Source of the DNA: Antechinus flavipes
Lineage: Eukaryota
Assembly: GCF_016432865.1 (NCBI RefSeq)
Contig: NC_067400.1
Coordinates: forward strand, 615,660,001 to 615,724,000
Length of the DNA stretch: 64,000 bases
Direction: 5' to 3'
The translations under genes and the position numbers were made by a program. The notes under the pieces were generated by a model. It searched no databases and was not told the DNA's origin. It worked only from the letters and a program-made list of their open reading frames with translations. Below are positions 63,895 through 64,000 of this stretch, piece after piece. Every line of letters starts with the position of its first letter. The first letter of the stretch is position 1.

Positions 63895-64000
63895 GTACGG
63901 CTGGCCCTTCCCCGCGCCCACTCCCTGAGCCTGACCCCCCTTCCCCGCCCCCACTCCCCGAGCCTGACCCCCCCTTTCCCGCCCCCATTCCCAAGCCTGA

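Overview
Marsupial genomic window, most likely a dasyurid judging from the L1 3'UTR type, WSINE1/MAR1-like SINEs and an OC1-type hAT MITE (species is inferred). It is syntenic with human 19q13.32 in reverse orientation. Five genes can be assembled exon by exon with GT-AG boundaries and consistent phases: AP2S1 (+, 5 exons, 142 aa), SLC1A5/ASCT2 (+, 8 exons, 524 aa), FKRP (-, single coding exon, 498 aa, plus three candidate non-coding 5' exons), STRN4 (+, 17 coding exons, 748 aa) and PRKD2 (+, exons 1-9, running off the window end). The AP2S1-SLC1A5 interval is mostly L1/L2/L3/SINE fossils, with two gene-less GC-rich islands and several minisatellites. No tRNA, rRNA, snoRNA or CRISPR feature is supported. 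The most notable unexplained signals are: (1) about nine RFX X-box palindromes within 770 bp at the overlapping FKRP/STRN4 promoter; (2) an FKRP exon-1 ATG-(GCG)10 frame that becomes either a uORF or an in-frame 25-aa N-terminal extension depending on 5'UTR splicing; (3) an unannotated ORF at 8.4-8.8 kb whose internal duplication has diverged almost only at synonymous sites, near an orphan X-box promoter-like element; (4) rearranged N-glycosylation sequons in the retrovirus-receptor loop of ASCT2; (5) a probable STRN4 3'UTR intron at NMD-triggering distance; and (6) a VNTR creating an 828-nt AG-free zone before PRKD2 exon 4. Comparisons with human proteins are from memory and were not computed.
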